DNA of 63,566 nt, counting the filler, from Guillardia theta CCMP2712 (lineage: Eukaryota > Protista > Cryptophyta), in NCBI RefSeq assembly GCF_000315625.1. It is 4 parts of 4 records of this genome, joined end to end, with 100 filler letters (N's around TTAATTAATTAA, not from the genome) between each part and the next. Parts side by side here need not be neighbours in the genome. Positions count along the whole stretch, not along the records: positions 16,779 to 43,208 come from NW_005434456.1; positions 43,309 to 62,252 come from NW_005434667.1; 2 more parts are not named here. One strand, written 5' to 3'. Below are positions 43,144-53,999 of this stretch, in pieces. The notes under the pieces are model-generated. The model did not search any database and was not told where the DNA came from. It saw only the letters and a list, made by a program, of their open reading frames with translations. The first letter of the stretch is position 1; the number at the start of each line of letters is the position of its first letter. Both the position numbers and the translations under genes were made by a program.

Positions 43144-43208
43144 GTGAGGAGGAGGAGGGAAGGAGGAGGGGGGGGGGGAGGGAGGAGGCAGGAGGAGGAG
43201 GGAGGGAG

Positions 43209-43308
43209 NNNNNNNNNNNNNNNNNNNNNNNNNNNNNNNNNNNNNNNNNNNNTTAATTAATTAANNNNNNNNNNNNNNNNNNNNNNNNNNNNNNNNNNNN
43301 NNNNNNNN
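43209..43308. other. Artificial contig/scaffold linker
   Basis: N44-TTAATTAATTAA-N44. Confidence 0.95.
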
Positions 43309-46300
43309 TTGATCGACCCTTCCTGTTTCGTGATATGTCGCCGTGGATTGCGGACCACACTTGGTTCCTGTTCTTCTCCTGTTTGGCCGAGGCTTGATAG
43401 TTTTCGTTTTGCTTCCTTCGGTATTCTTGTAGCTCCTCCTGTTCAGGGATCAGGTGTACTGTGAGTTGGACAATTATTCTCTCTTGTTCCGACTCCTTGC
43501 AGTAGACAATCAGGTCGTCTTGTGACTTCCTGAGGCTCCGATCGCCCGTCCTCCAGAAATTTGCAGCGTAGCATATTTCTGATCCTTTAGGTACCTTACC
43601 GACTAGCATGAAGCCGTCAGGGATTTCTTTCCTGAAGCAAGTTTGGTTCCATCCGATCAAGATTGTTCCAGACTCGCATGCGGCGTAGCTGAGGTATTGT
43701 TCCTGTTGGTCGATCCATATTATTTCACGTCGAACCTCGTCTTCCTGCAAGCTATCGGTTGCGGCCTGGATTGTCGGGTGATAGAGGGTGGGCCAGTTGC
43801 TGAACTGTTTTGTTTCAGCGAGCATCCCCAAGTGTTCTAGAAATTCGTACGACAGCGGAAGGCCTTGTTGTCTATCTCGAATTTCAGCCATGGCGGTGGT
43901 TAGATGTTCCCACCAAGCTTGCGAGTTGAGTGAGCTGTTATGTGTTTTGCTGATATACTTAGCAATTTGCAGTAGGATCTCTGTCTTCTCTGGGTTCTTG
44001 GCTCCATCGTCATCTTCTTTCCTCGCAAATGGCGCCGAGCGAAGGGAAGGTTCAGCTTCTTTGATGTCTTGTTCTTGGCCCGTGTGACTTCTGGGCCGGT
44101 CCATGATTGCTATGTCGCCCTTGATTTTGAAACTTTCCTTACCTTTTAGGATTAGGTGTTCCTGTTGATCCAGATTGCCTAGTAGTTTAGCCATGAGGGA
44201 TCTTGTGTTTGCATGAGCTGGGTGTGGCCTTCTCTCTTCTGCTGCTTCCCGATGCTTTTTGGATGTCTCCTCCCGGTCCTCCTCTGATTGCGGGTGTGAC
44301 TTTCGTTTTCGGGTTGTAGCACTATCCTGCGAGGCAACCTCTCGTCTTTTCCTCTTTGTTCCTGATGCTCTGTTGACGCTGCTTACCCAGATGACATTTT
44401 CTTGTAGCAGTTGCATTACAATCCCCTCCGCCTCCTCGCGTTGCCTTGGGAAAGGCCAGAGCTTCCTTGGCAAATGCAGTTCTTCGTCAGCGATAGGTCG
44501 TATATTGCGTAGCAAGGAGAATTGGAGTTTCGGGAGTTGCCTCCATAAAGCTTGGAAGGTCGTCCAGCCTTGTGGTCTGTCGCTGTCGTTCAAGTTTGCC
44601 ACCATATCCTCCATCCTATGAAGGAGGGAGATGCTTCCAGGTAGGTGACCTGCTTCTATGTGGGCCCAGCTGATCCTCGTGTTTAGTTTTTCCGCCAGCC
44701 AGACTGCTAAAGCTTCGGGTCCCCGCACCACATCACGCTCCATAGTTCGAAAATTCATTTCTCTTTGGAGCTCGAGGATTGTTTGGCATCCCCATTCCGC
44801 AAACCAGTTTCTGAGTTTAGATATCAGTCTATCTTGGGATGTCTCCACCTTGCTTACTATTCACTTCTCGTTCGATGTATCGTAGCGCTGCTCGCCCTAG
44901 GATTGGGGCAGGATGAGGGACCTGCAGCCCTCCATTCTCTGTTGGCAGGTAGAATATACCATTTCCCTGTACTTTTGCTCAGTCCTAACGCTTGNNNNNN
45001 NNNNNNNNNNNNNNNNNNNNNNNNNNNNNNNNNNNNNNNNNNNNNNNNNNNNNNNNNNNNNNNNNNNNNNNNNNNNNNNNNNNNNNNNNNNNNNNNNNNN
45101 NNNNNNNNNNNNNNNNNNNNNNNNNNNNNNNNNNNNNNNNNNNNNNNNNNNNNNNNNNNNNNNNNNNNNNNNNNNNNNNNNNNNNNNNNNNNNNNNNNNN
45201 NNNNNNNNNNNNNNNNNNNNNNNNNNNNNNNNNNNNNNNNNNNNNNNNNNNNNNNNNNNNNNNNNNNNNNNNNNNNNNNNNNNNNNNNNNNNNNNNNNNN
45301 NNNNNNNNNNNNNNNNNNNNNNNNNNNNNNNNNNNNNNNNNNNNNNNNNNNNNNNNNNNNNNNNNNNNNNNNNNNNNNNNNNNNNNNNNNNNNNNNNNNN
45401 NNNNNNNNNNNNNNNNNNNNNNNNNNNNNNNNNNNNNNNNNNNNNNNNNNNNNNNNNNNNNNNNNNNNNNNNNNNNNNNNNNNNNNNNNNNNNNNNNNNN
45501 NNNNNNNNNNNNNNNATTGCCTAGAGAGGATGCATAGCACCAAGTTGGCCAGTTGTGGGCTACTTGCTCCACCTTGAGGCAGCCCGATCATTAGAGGTAT
45601 TTTCCCTGTGTTGAACTCGTTTGTTTGTATTTGCAGTTCGACTCCACTGTTGCAGGCTATCACAGTTCTAATGTCCTCAGGATGGAAGCCTAGGCTGTTC
45701 ATTGCCTGCTCGACCACCTCGATTGCCACATTGTTAAAGAAGTTCGCAAAGTCCAGGTACAAGAGAATGAGGGACGTTTTGGCCTCTTCTGCTTCTTCTA
45801 CGATCGAGATCAGTCGATGAGCCTGCCGACTTGTGCTTCTGCCTGGACGGAACCCCTCCTGGAAGTTTGTGAGGACGTTATTTGCTTCTACTGTCTTACT
45901 CAGACGATGCGCCAGGATTGCCTGAACCAGCCGAGTAAGCGTTGACATGACGCATATAGGCCGCATGTTTTCGAGAATGTGACAGAATTGATTTTTTGGC
46001 AGGAGGCGTACTCTCGCTGTCTTGTTGAGAACCTCAGCTTTGCCTTCTAGGGCTGCATTGACTAACTTGCCAACTTCCTCTCGGCATGCTGGTGGCAGCG
46101 CCCGCAGCACTTCGTTCGAAATGAGGTCAAGTCCTGCAGCCTTTCGTCTCGGCGCCGAGGCGAGCCAGACGTCAATCTCTCCCGGTGCCAGGGGTCTGGT
46201 GATTTCCTGTTGTTGTCTCCTTGAAAGCTGCACCCCCTCAGGCGGTGTGATCCGTCTTGGGGCCACGGTTGTGAACGACTTACATTTTGTGCAGTACGGG

Positions 46301-49300
46301 GTCATCCCTCCCCCTCCGATGGTCTCGTCGCTTGAGTCAGCCAAGGGGAGCATACATCCGATGTTTGAGCATTTTGAGCAGGTCCCTTGTTTCGTGCATG
46401 CGTTGACGCTGAAGAAGAATCGTGTATGGTCCGCGTCCTCAAGCTCTCTAACCTTCTGCATTGGGAGATGATCCGTGAGATCACGGTATCCTGCTATCTC
46501 CCATGTTGTTTTATCCCATTTGAGGATCTTTTCATCTTCCGACATCAGTCCGAGGTGTATGCCTCCTCCATTCCTGTCGTCTCCCTCAAACATCCGCTCG
46601 ATCCCAATCATCAGTTGCTGGTTTGCACTCCAAAATGCTCTAACACCCCTCGTGTCTTCGCTAGATAGGGTTGCTTCGAGTTGGTTGATGAGCTCGTCGG
46701 CATTGTCGACTATCTTGCCGAGCAGTCTAAGAGCCAAGCCTTTGTGGCAACGAAGGGAGTTAGGGTGTTTTTTCTTGATGTCTTGACTTATCATCGGTTC
46801 TTTGGGAGTGAAATCATTCTTGCGTCCCATTGCATTCTGGGATTCACGGCTGCCTACCGTGCCTAGCCGTGTTTGCTGCTGTTGGCAGATCTCTTGGAAA
46901 ACTTCGTTGTTTTGTTCTTCACATATCGTTCTGAACCTCTCGATCTTAGTTCGCAATTCTCTTTGTAATGTAGCTTCCGTAGGTACACCAGTCGCTGGGC
47001 TTTGCTGTGATGCTTCCCTAAGTTTAGTCCGCAAGTTGCGGATCGATCTCTTCAAATCCATTTGTTCTTTGTTCGAATGTCGCCTCCCTCCCTTTCTGAT
47101 TTTCACCTCCTTTAGTGGTAGAGAGTTGGCGAGCATCTCACAAATGTTACATTCTTGCGCCTTAGCTCGCATGTCTCGTATGTTTGCATCTAGTTGTTGC
47201 GCCCATTCGATCTTCTTCTCCTCCCACGAATCGCGATCCAGCACCCATCTGCTTTTAGGGGTTTCCCCCTTCTTCTGTCGTGAATTCATCTGATGCACTT
47301 CTACTCGTGGGATTAGCTGCGTCTCCTCGGACGTGAACTTGGTGTGTACTTGCACCACCAGGGCTCTGTGATCAACTGCTCCCCCTATCACACAGCCGTC
47401 GACCGTCCACGATTGAAGGGAGATGTTGGGAAAGTTGTCCTCGTCACTTGGGGGGTGAATAGCGAGAACTGCGTCGAGTTTGGCTTCTATCAGTTCTTGT
47501 TTGTACCATGTTGAGAAGGTAAATGTTGTCCCAGTCTCGCTGATCTGTTCATATGAGAGTGTACGGTGTGCGGAAAGGTCTGCCAGGAATTTCTCGAATC
47601 TCTCATCTGCTTTTGCGGTGATAGATGAGGGGGAATATCCTCTCCGCATTGGTGTTGTTGTGTTGGTTCTTGCTGCATTAAAGTCTCCGGCTATGATGTG
47701 TGTCTCTCTCGTTCCCAGAGCGAGGTGTAGCAGCTCTGCCCACAGTTCCCCTTGCTCTCGAATCGCATTTTCCGCAGGTACCTGATGGAGGTTTGTGACT
47801 AAGAAAGAGTTTTTCCCTGTTCCGACTTTGATCGAAAACACTCGGTTTCGATATTTCTTTTCTTTGTTGCACGCCTGGTGAGCGGCAGGGGAGGGTGACG
47901 GCGACAGGGCCGCATGTACCAGCGTTACCAACCTCAGGTCTCCTTTCCCCTTCTTCGCATTGATCTTTGCAGGCCCCAGGAAGATTCTGTAGCAGGCCCA
48001 GTTCTCCTTGATCATCTTCCTCAATTTGTTCTCGTCGCGGGCCGAGACCCTTACCTCTTGTAGTAGCACAACCCCAGGTTGGAAGGACTGGATTAAGTAT
48101 GCGAGGATGTGCTTGAGAACAAAGTGATTGCAACCATTCACATTTTGTGAGATGAGGAAACCTGGGTCTGAACTTTTTCGATGCATCTGCGCCCAATCAT
48201 TGCCCCTTTGCTCCTCCTGCCTTTTCCCCCTCCGCTCCTTCCCTCTCTGGGAGGTTTTCTCTCCTGAGTGTGCATTCTCCTCCATTTCCTCACCAAAAAG
48301 TCTTGGTTGGGGCTTCGTGGTGGTCGCCTGCCGCTGGATTGCGATCGGCTGTACCTTCTCCTCAGGCTTTGCCGTCGAGGTCATCGGCCGCTGGATTGCG
48401 TTTGGCTGTACCTCCTCCTCAAGCTTTGTCGTCGAGGTCATCAGCCGCTGGATTGCGTTCGGCTGTACCTCCTCCTCCGGCTTTGTCGTCGATTTCAAGC
48501 TCTCTTGCACCCTCGCCTTCTTCGGCAGAGATCGCAGAATTACCTGGGCCGTTTCCTCCATCTTCTCCAGATGGGTGAGAGCTGCAATCAGTTGTGTTCT
48601 GGTTTGCCTCAGCCATTCTTGCGGAAGTCTTAGTCTTGTCCTCGTTTCCATCGTTGCTAGCCAGTCTTGATTTGTCTCGCAGAGCAGTAGGGTGTGAAGG
48701 ATAGCGAACACTCCGCAGTTGAAGTTATCTTCCTGTTGGAAGGCTGAGCACCACTGTATCTGCCATGGGGCATTGGTCTGATCGTCAAAGATGTGTTCGA
48801 TCACTCCGATTGTCAGCTCAGCCATTTCTCTTGCTCCTTTTGCGTGCTCCCCCGTTGTTACAAGATTCCTCGCTCCCTCGATCCCTCGTGGGTCCCTCGT
48901 TGTGCTCGTTCTGTCCTCGCAGAGGGGGTCCAATATGTACGCGCATCGCCGATCATATCTTAATGCAATTAGAATCCAGTGGTTGCTGTGGATGATAGTT
49001 GGAAACAGGAAGGTGTGTTGCTCATCTCTCAAGCTGCTGAGGTGAAATCTGTTCCCGACTCTCAAGCGGGACGCCTCGTCTCGCAGACTGGATATTACCC
49101 TTGGCAAGAAGATGATGTTCCGCGTTTGCTGGTCCTCGTGGGCTCTCCCTTTGCGTACCATGTGTATTGCTCGTCCTCCTTGAAGAGCCTTGCTCATCTC
49201 ATTGAGAGTAACTTCGATCATGTTCTCGCATAAAAATCCGCTTACTCCTCGATTGTTCAGGGCAGTGATGCCAAATTCCTTGTCGCCTCGTTTGTCTGAC

Positions 49301-49437
49301 CATGGGATCTCCTCGATCCAATCAAAAAAATACAGTGTTCTATCTACATGTTGCGTTTCCTTTGAAACCGTTTCCATCTCCCCCCCTTGCCTACTCCCGG
49401 CACTCCCCCCTTCCTCCTCCCTTCCTCCTCCTGTCAT
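43309..49437 (-). pseudogene. ORF2 of copy 1 (Ulp1-APE-RT...), frameshifted and truncated
   Basis: Same protein as 54000-61439, with single-base insertions near 44838 and 44963 relative to copy 3 and an N gap at 44995-45516. These may be consensus errors. Confidence 0.8.
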
Positions 49438-49446
49438 GATTCGGTT

Positions 49447-51508
49447 TTAGAGTTGAGAGGCAACCTCTCCCTCTTGGTTGCCACTCTCCTCTTCCATCTC
49501 CAGTCCCATCTCCTCCTCTGCCTTGCTCAAGAGAAACTCAATTTCGTCTCCCGAGCCAACGCTGCCTTGGTAGGTTAGCGTAGCTGTGAGAACTAATTTA
49601 TTCAGGGCAAGAAACAACAGGTCAGTTCGAAATTCTTTTTGTTGTTTCTCCCCTCCTCTCCCTGTTGCTTTTGCAAAGGCTCCCTGGCGTCTTCTTGATG
49701 CTACCGTCTCCCACGCATGCTGCTCGCTTACTCTTGCAATCTTACTCTTCAAAACTTGCATGTCGTCGTCCTGGGTTGCCGAGGATGATTCCGCCCATTC
49801 CTTCAGCGTCGGAAAACATGCATTTCCAGGAGATGACAAGCTGTCGTACAGGCCGACGATGGCTCCATCGAGCCTGAGTTTGCAAGCTTGGTTTTCTGCA
49901 CTCTGTCCCTGGTTGACAGTCTCCTCTAGAACTTTGTAGATGTCTTCGAGGACCACGTTTGCCTCTGGTTCTGGGATGTTGATCTCATTCTCGATCCGTT
50001 CGAGATCTACCTGTGCCCACAGAGGCTCCGTGGGGGGTTCTGTAGCGATCGCTTCCCAAAGGTTGGCACTGCCTGGCTCTAGGAGAAGAAGTTTCCCCGC
50101 CCTGTCCCATGGCGCAAAGGACCTGAGTATGTCGATCGCCGTTTCTTTTTCTGAGAAGCTGAGCACTAGATGTTCACCGTTCCAGCTGTTGGTCTCGACA
50201 TCTTCCTTCGAGGAGATCTTGACGATGTGCTCAGCCGCTGACTCCTTCCAGCTCGCCACGATCCGTCTCGATCTGTTCAGCTTCCTCTCTGGTGAACCTT
50301 CCCTTCTGTGCTTTACTCTTGACCAGCACCTCATAGGTCACTCTTCGTGGTACTGCTCCTAGCGCGTCGGGCAAGAAGTCCAACCTAATTGGATGCTGTC
50401 TCGTTACCCTGGTGATTGCACTAACCTGAGTAGTGAACCATTTGAGGATCTTTTCATCTTCCGACATCAGTCCGAGGTGTATGCCTCCTCCATTCCTGTC
50501 GTCTCCCTCAAACATCCGTAGCGTGGTGCTCAGGACGTCCGTCGAAGAGCATCTCGCAATCCAATCGATCTCTCTTCCTTGTCGTATCTCGTCCACTCCG
50601 GCTGCTGCGAAAGTGCGTTTGTTGGGCTGACCTTGAGGTCTCCTCTTCGTCTTGACCTCTAGCTGCATGCCCGCTTCCGGCTGCACCTCCAACACAGCTA
50701 TTCCTTGTTGCAGCAGGTGTTGACGATAGATCTCCGTAATCCCAGCTGAGTTCATGCCATTCATCTTGAGGAGGTGAGAGAACTCAGCTAGGGCCCCCGC
50801 CTTGCCAGAGTGCTTATCCTTCTGTGGCCTTATCTTGAAGGAGCAAGGATGCTTCGAATGCGCGTTCACCGCGCGGATCATCTTTCCGTCGATCCTGAAG
50901 TTCGTCTGTCCTTTCCACAGCAGTTCTGCTGCGTCGTTCAATTGGAGTGTTGCCACGACTGGGATTTCATCCACTGTCGGAATCAAATCTTTCTTGATCG
51001 GGGCTCTCCACGAGATGCATTTCTTGCCCTGCTCCTCGTGCACCAAGAGTCCTTGATCCTTCAACTTCTCACACAGTACCTCAACTTGTTTTATGTACTG
51101 GGTAGGAACTCCGAGGATAGCCATGGTAATCAGTTTACCACTCTCGGGGGACGCTCCTGAAGCATCGATGCAGGCACTCTTGTCTAGTACCTCCTGTTTG
51201 TCTGCGTTCCATGCAGAGACATACCACGACTGTCCTTCTTCCCCCCATTCTTTGATGGCATCCTCCTGGCTCCTGACTTCAGCATGTTTGCAGGTCTGTC
51301 GAATGGCTTCGGCTAAGGCGTTCATCGAGACTTCCTTGGACTGCAAGGCTCTGCCTGTCCTGCTCTGAGGGTACTGCCTGACGAAGTGTTCCAATCTTCG
51401 GATCAGCTCTCCTAGCGAAGGTGCTGAAGGCGTCGTGTCCTTGTTTAGGAACTGGGAAACTCGGACACGAGCAATCTGTTTCCTTTCCTCTTTGGATAGA
51501 TACCACAT
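49447..51508 (-). CDS. ORF1 of copy 1, split into two overlapping frames (50231-51514 and 49447-50334)
   Basis: N-terminal half is homologous to the 52007-52824 ORF; C-terminal half is nearly identical to 61449-62252. A +1 frame change lies within 50231-50337. First ATG at 51508. Confidence 0.75.
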
Positions 51509-51595
51509 GATCAAACAACCGTTTCTGCACAGAAAAATATCCTGTTCAGCACCCTAGCTCGCAGGGATCCCCTCAAACTGCAGGGGAGGAGAGCA

Positions 51596-51817
51596 TGTCT
51601 GTTACTCCAGCGGTCTGTCTGTTACTCCAGCGGTCTGTCTGTTACTCCAGCGGTCTGTCTGTTACTCCAGCGGTCTGTCTGTTACTCCAGCGGTCTGTCT
51701 GTTACTCCAGCGGTCTGTCTGTTACTCCAGCGGTCATGTCTGTTACTCCAGCGGTCTGTCTGTTACTCCAGCGGTCTGTCTGTTACTCCAGCGGTCTGTC
51801 TGTTACTCCAGCGGTCT
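51596..51817. repeat. 20-bp tandem array (tgtctgttactccagcggtc), about 11 copies, at the 5' end of copy 1
   Basis: Seen directly; one unit has an extra A (cggtcatgtc at 51731). Confidence 0.95.
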
Positions 51818-51902
51818 CCTAAACCCTAAACCCTAAACCCTAAACCCTTAACCTTAACCCTAAACCCTAAACCTAAACCCTTAACCCTAATCCTAAACCC
51901 TA
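51818..51902 (-). repeat. Telomeric tract (TTTAGGG)n with variant units
   Basis: CCCTAAA units on the + strand, several degenerate, followed by tagtag. Confidence 0.95.
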
Positions 51903-53373
51903 GTAGNNNNNNNNNNNNNNNNNNNNNNNNNNNNNNNNNNNNNNNNNNNNNNNNNNNNNNNNNNNNNNNNNNNNNNNNNNNNNNNNNNNNNNNNNNNNNN
52001 NNNNNNAGCGGCTGGAGTTGGACCGCTGCAAGGGACTGGCGCAGCAGCTGATAGCGATAGACGGCAGCTATCTCAGCCGTTGTCATGCCGCCCAAGGTTA
52101 GCAGGTGAGTCAGCTCTGCCAAGCTGCCCCCTTTGCCCCAGGGTCCTCTCTTGGCTCGAATCTTGAAAGATCGATCGTGCACGATGCTCACATGTACAGC
52201 TGTGAACTTGCGACCATCGATCGCGAAGTCCTCTCTTCCCTGCCAGAGCTTCTCCGCTTGTGCATTGCGGAGGAAGGAAACAGTCACCGGGATCTCCTCA
52301 GCACTCGCTATCTCGGGTCTATACGGAGCCTTCCACATGATTGCTTTACTCTCTTGCACTGAGTCTACGATCAGTCCGATCTCTTCAAATTTCTTCTTCA
52401 GCTTTTCTTCATGGTTGACATACACCGAGGAGATGCCCAGGAGAGTCATGGAGATGAAGGAAGTCACCTCGTTGCCTGCTGAGGCGGTGTATGTCTCGAC
52501 CTTCTCCTTCTTGGCTTCTTCAATCTGCTGCATAAACCACTCTCTGGATGCGTCACTCCATCCAGTCATCGCTTCTTGCAGAAACTCACGTCGTGCCTGC
52601 TGACATGTCGAGCGGATGGCTTCTGCGATAGCGTCGGGGGTGCATCCCTCCACAGCCTTGCAAGCCTGGGCTGTCCTGCTGTTCGGATAACGCTTCGCGA
52701 AGCTCTTCACCCTCTCGACGAGATCAGCTTCGAGGACAGAGGCATCCACAATTCCGCTCTGCGTGTATTGGCATGATCTCCGATACAGCAGGTTGCGAAC
52801 ATTTTCATCATACTGAAGAACCATACTTAGAAAGCTATTTGAAGTATACAAACCTCTCGCTTGCAGCTTCCTTGGCGCCCTGGCGGCTTCCCCTACACCT
52901 GACGAGGAGCCATGCTGCCGAAAATAACGGCGCCTGCCGAAAATAACGGCGCCTGCCGAAAATAACGGCGCCTGCCGAAAATAACGGCGCCTGCCGAAAA
53001 TAACGGCGCCTGCCGAAAATAGCGGCGCCTGCCGAAAATAACGGCGCCTGCCGAAAATAACGGCGCCTGCCGAAAATAACGGCGCCTGCCGAAAATAACG
53101 GCGCCTGCCGAAAATAACGGCGCCTGCCGAAAATAACGGCGCCTGCCGAAAATAACGGCGCCTGCCGAAAATAACGGCGCCTGCCGAAAATAACGGCGCC
53201 TGCCGAAAATAACGGCGCCTGCCGAAAATAACGGCGCCTGCCGAAAATAACGGCGCCTGCCGAAAATAACGGCGCCTGCCGAAAATAACGGCGCCTGCCG
53301 AAAATAACGGCGCCTGCCGAAAATAACGGCGCCTGCCGAAAATAACGGCGCCTGCCGAAAATAACGGCGCCTG
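51901..53373 (-). mobile_element. Non-LTR retrotransposon copy 2 (subfamily II); most of the body presumably lies in the N gap 51907-52006
   Basis: Tail junction ccc-tagtag on the left; divergent ORF1 and a 19-bp 5' array on the right, abutting a telomeric tract. The tail and ORF1 could belong to different copies. Confidence 0.8.
52007..52824 (-). CDS. ORF1 N-terminal part, subfamily II (partial)
   Basis: Aligns by eye with copy 1 ORF1: YPNSRTAQA/YPQSRTGRA, AIAEAIRSTC/ALAEAIRQTC, LWQGREDFAIDGR/LWKGQTNFRIDGK, GSLAELTHLL/GALAEFSHLL. Confidence 0.85.
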
Positions 53374-53374
53374 C
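52915..53374. repeat. 19-bp tandem array (gccgaaaataacggcgcct), about 24 copies, at the 5' end of copy 2
   Basis: Seen directly; nearly perfect, with one A>G variant near 53022. Confidence 0.97.
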
Positions 53375-53425
53375 TAAACCCTAAACCCTAAACCCTAAAC
53401 CCTAAACCCTAAACCCTAAACCCTA
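53374..53425 (-). repeat. Telomeric tract (TTTAGGG)n, 6 full units plus partials
   Basis: Perfect CCCTAAA units on the + strand. Confidence 0.97.
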
Positions 53426-53455
53426 GTAGTAGTAGTAGTAGTAGTCGATTTTATT
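53424..53455 (-). terminator. Element 3' end: AATAAA signal followed by a (CTA)7 tail
   Basis: Minus strand reads ...ctAATAAAatcga-ctactactactactactacta-gggtttaggg. Confidence 0.8.
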
Positions 53456-53999
53456 AGAATGCTAGAATAGTCGCATCGGGTACCTTCCCGGTCTAGTCTA
53501 GTCTAAATGGGTTCTGACGCTTGGCAGAGCGGCCCTTCTTGGATGGCCCGTTGTGGCATCCAGGGTTCTATCGCTGTTCCGCTTTTTCTGTTGTTTCCAT
53601 AGTCCTCCGTTCCGAGCCGCCGGTGCCGTATCTCCTCCGGGCCCGGGTTGACGGTTTCAGTGTAACCGTCCACCTTTCTATTTTTTGCGCTAAGTCCATG
53701 TCCCTTCCCCGCCTGCCGCCTGTGAAGCTTCCCCGTCAGTCTGTCCTTGTTGACCTTTCCCCTGTCGTCATCCATCTGTCTCCTGTGTCCTTGCCCCTTC
53801 CTTGCCATGTTGGTTGTTTTTCGCCTATGAGGCTTCACCTTCGGTCTGTCCGTTGACCGTTGCCCTTTCGTCTTCATCTGTCTTCTGTGTCCTTGCCCCT
53901 TCCCAGCCATGCTGATCCTGGTTGCTAGCTTTTGAGGCTTCCCTTGTGATCTGTCCTCGTTGATATTTACCCCTTCATCTTCCAACCATCTTATATCCT

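Larger units (their letters stand above)
43309..51817 (-). mobile_element. Telomere-inserted non-LTR retrotransposon, copy 1 (subfamily I; 3' end cut by the contig end)
   Basis: 5' 20-bp array abuts the telomeric tract, followed by ORF1 and ORF2, nearly identical to copy 3. Confidence 0.92.

Noticed and set aside
43144-43320. Retrotransposon insertion disrupting the EML gene
   Set aside because: The two sequences are separated by an artificial linker and need not be adjacent.
46516-50518. Diversity-generating retroelement template/variable repeat pair
   Set aside because: The 81-bp copies are identical with no adenine-specific mismatches, and the RT is of non-LTR type.
51826-51906. LGFR-type peptide at the end of ORF 51826-52851
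   Set aside because: It is translated telomere repeat joined across an N gap.
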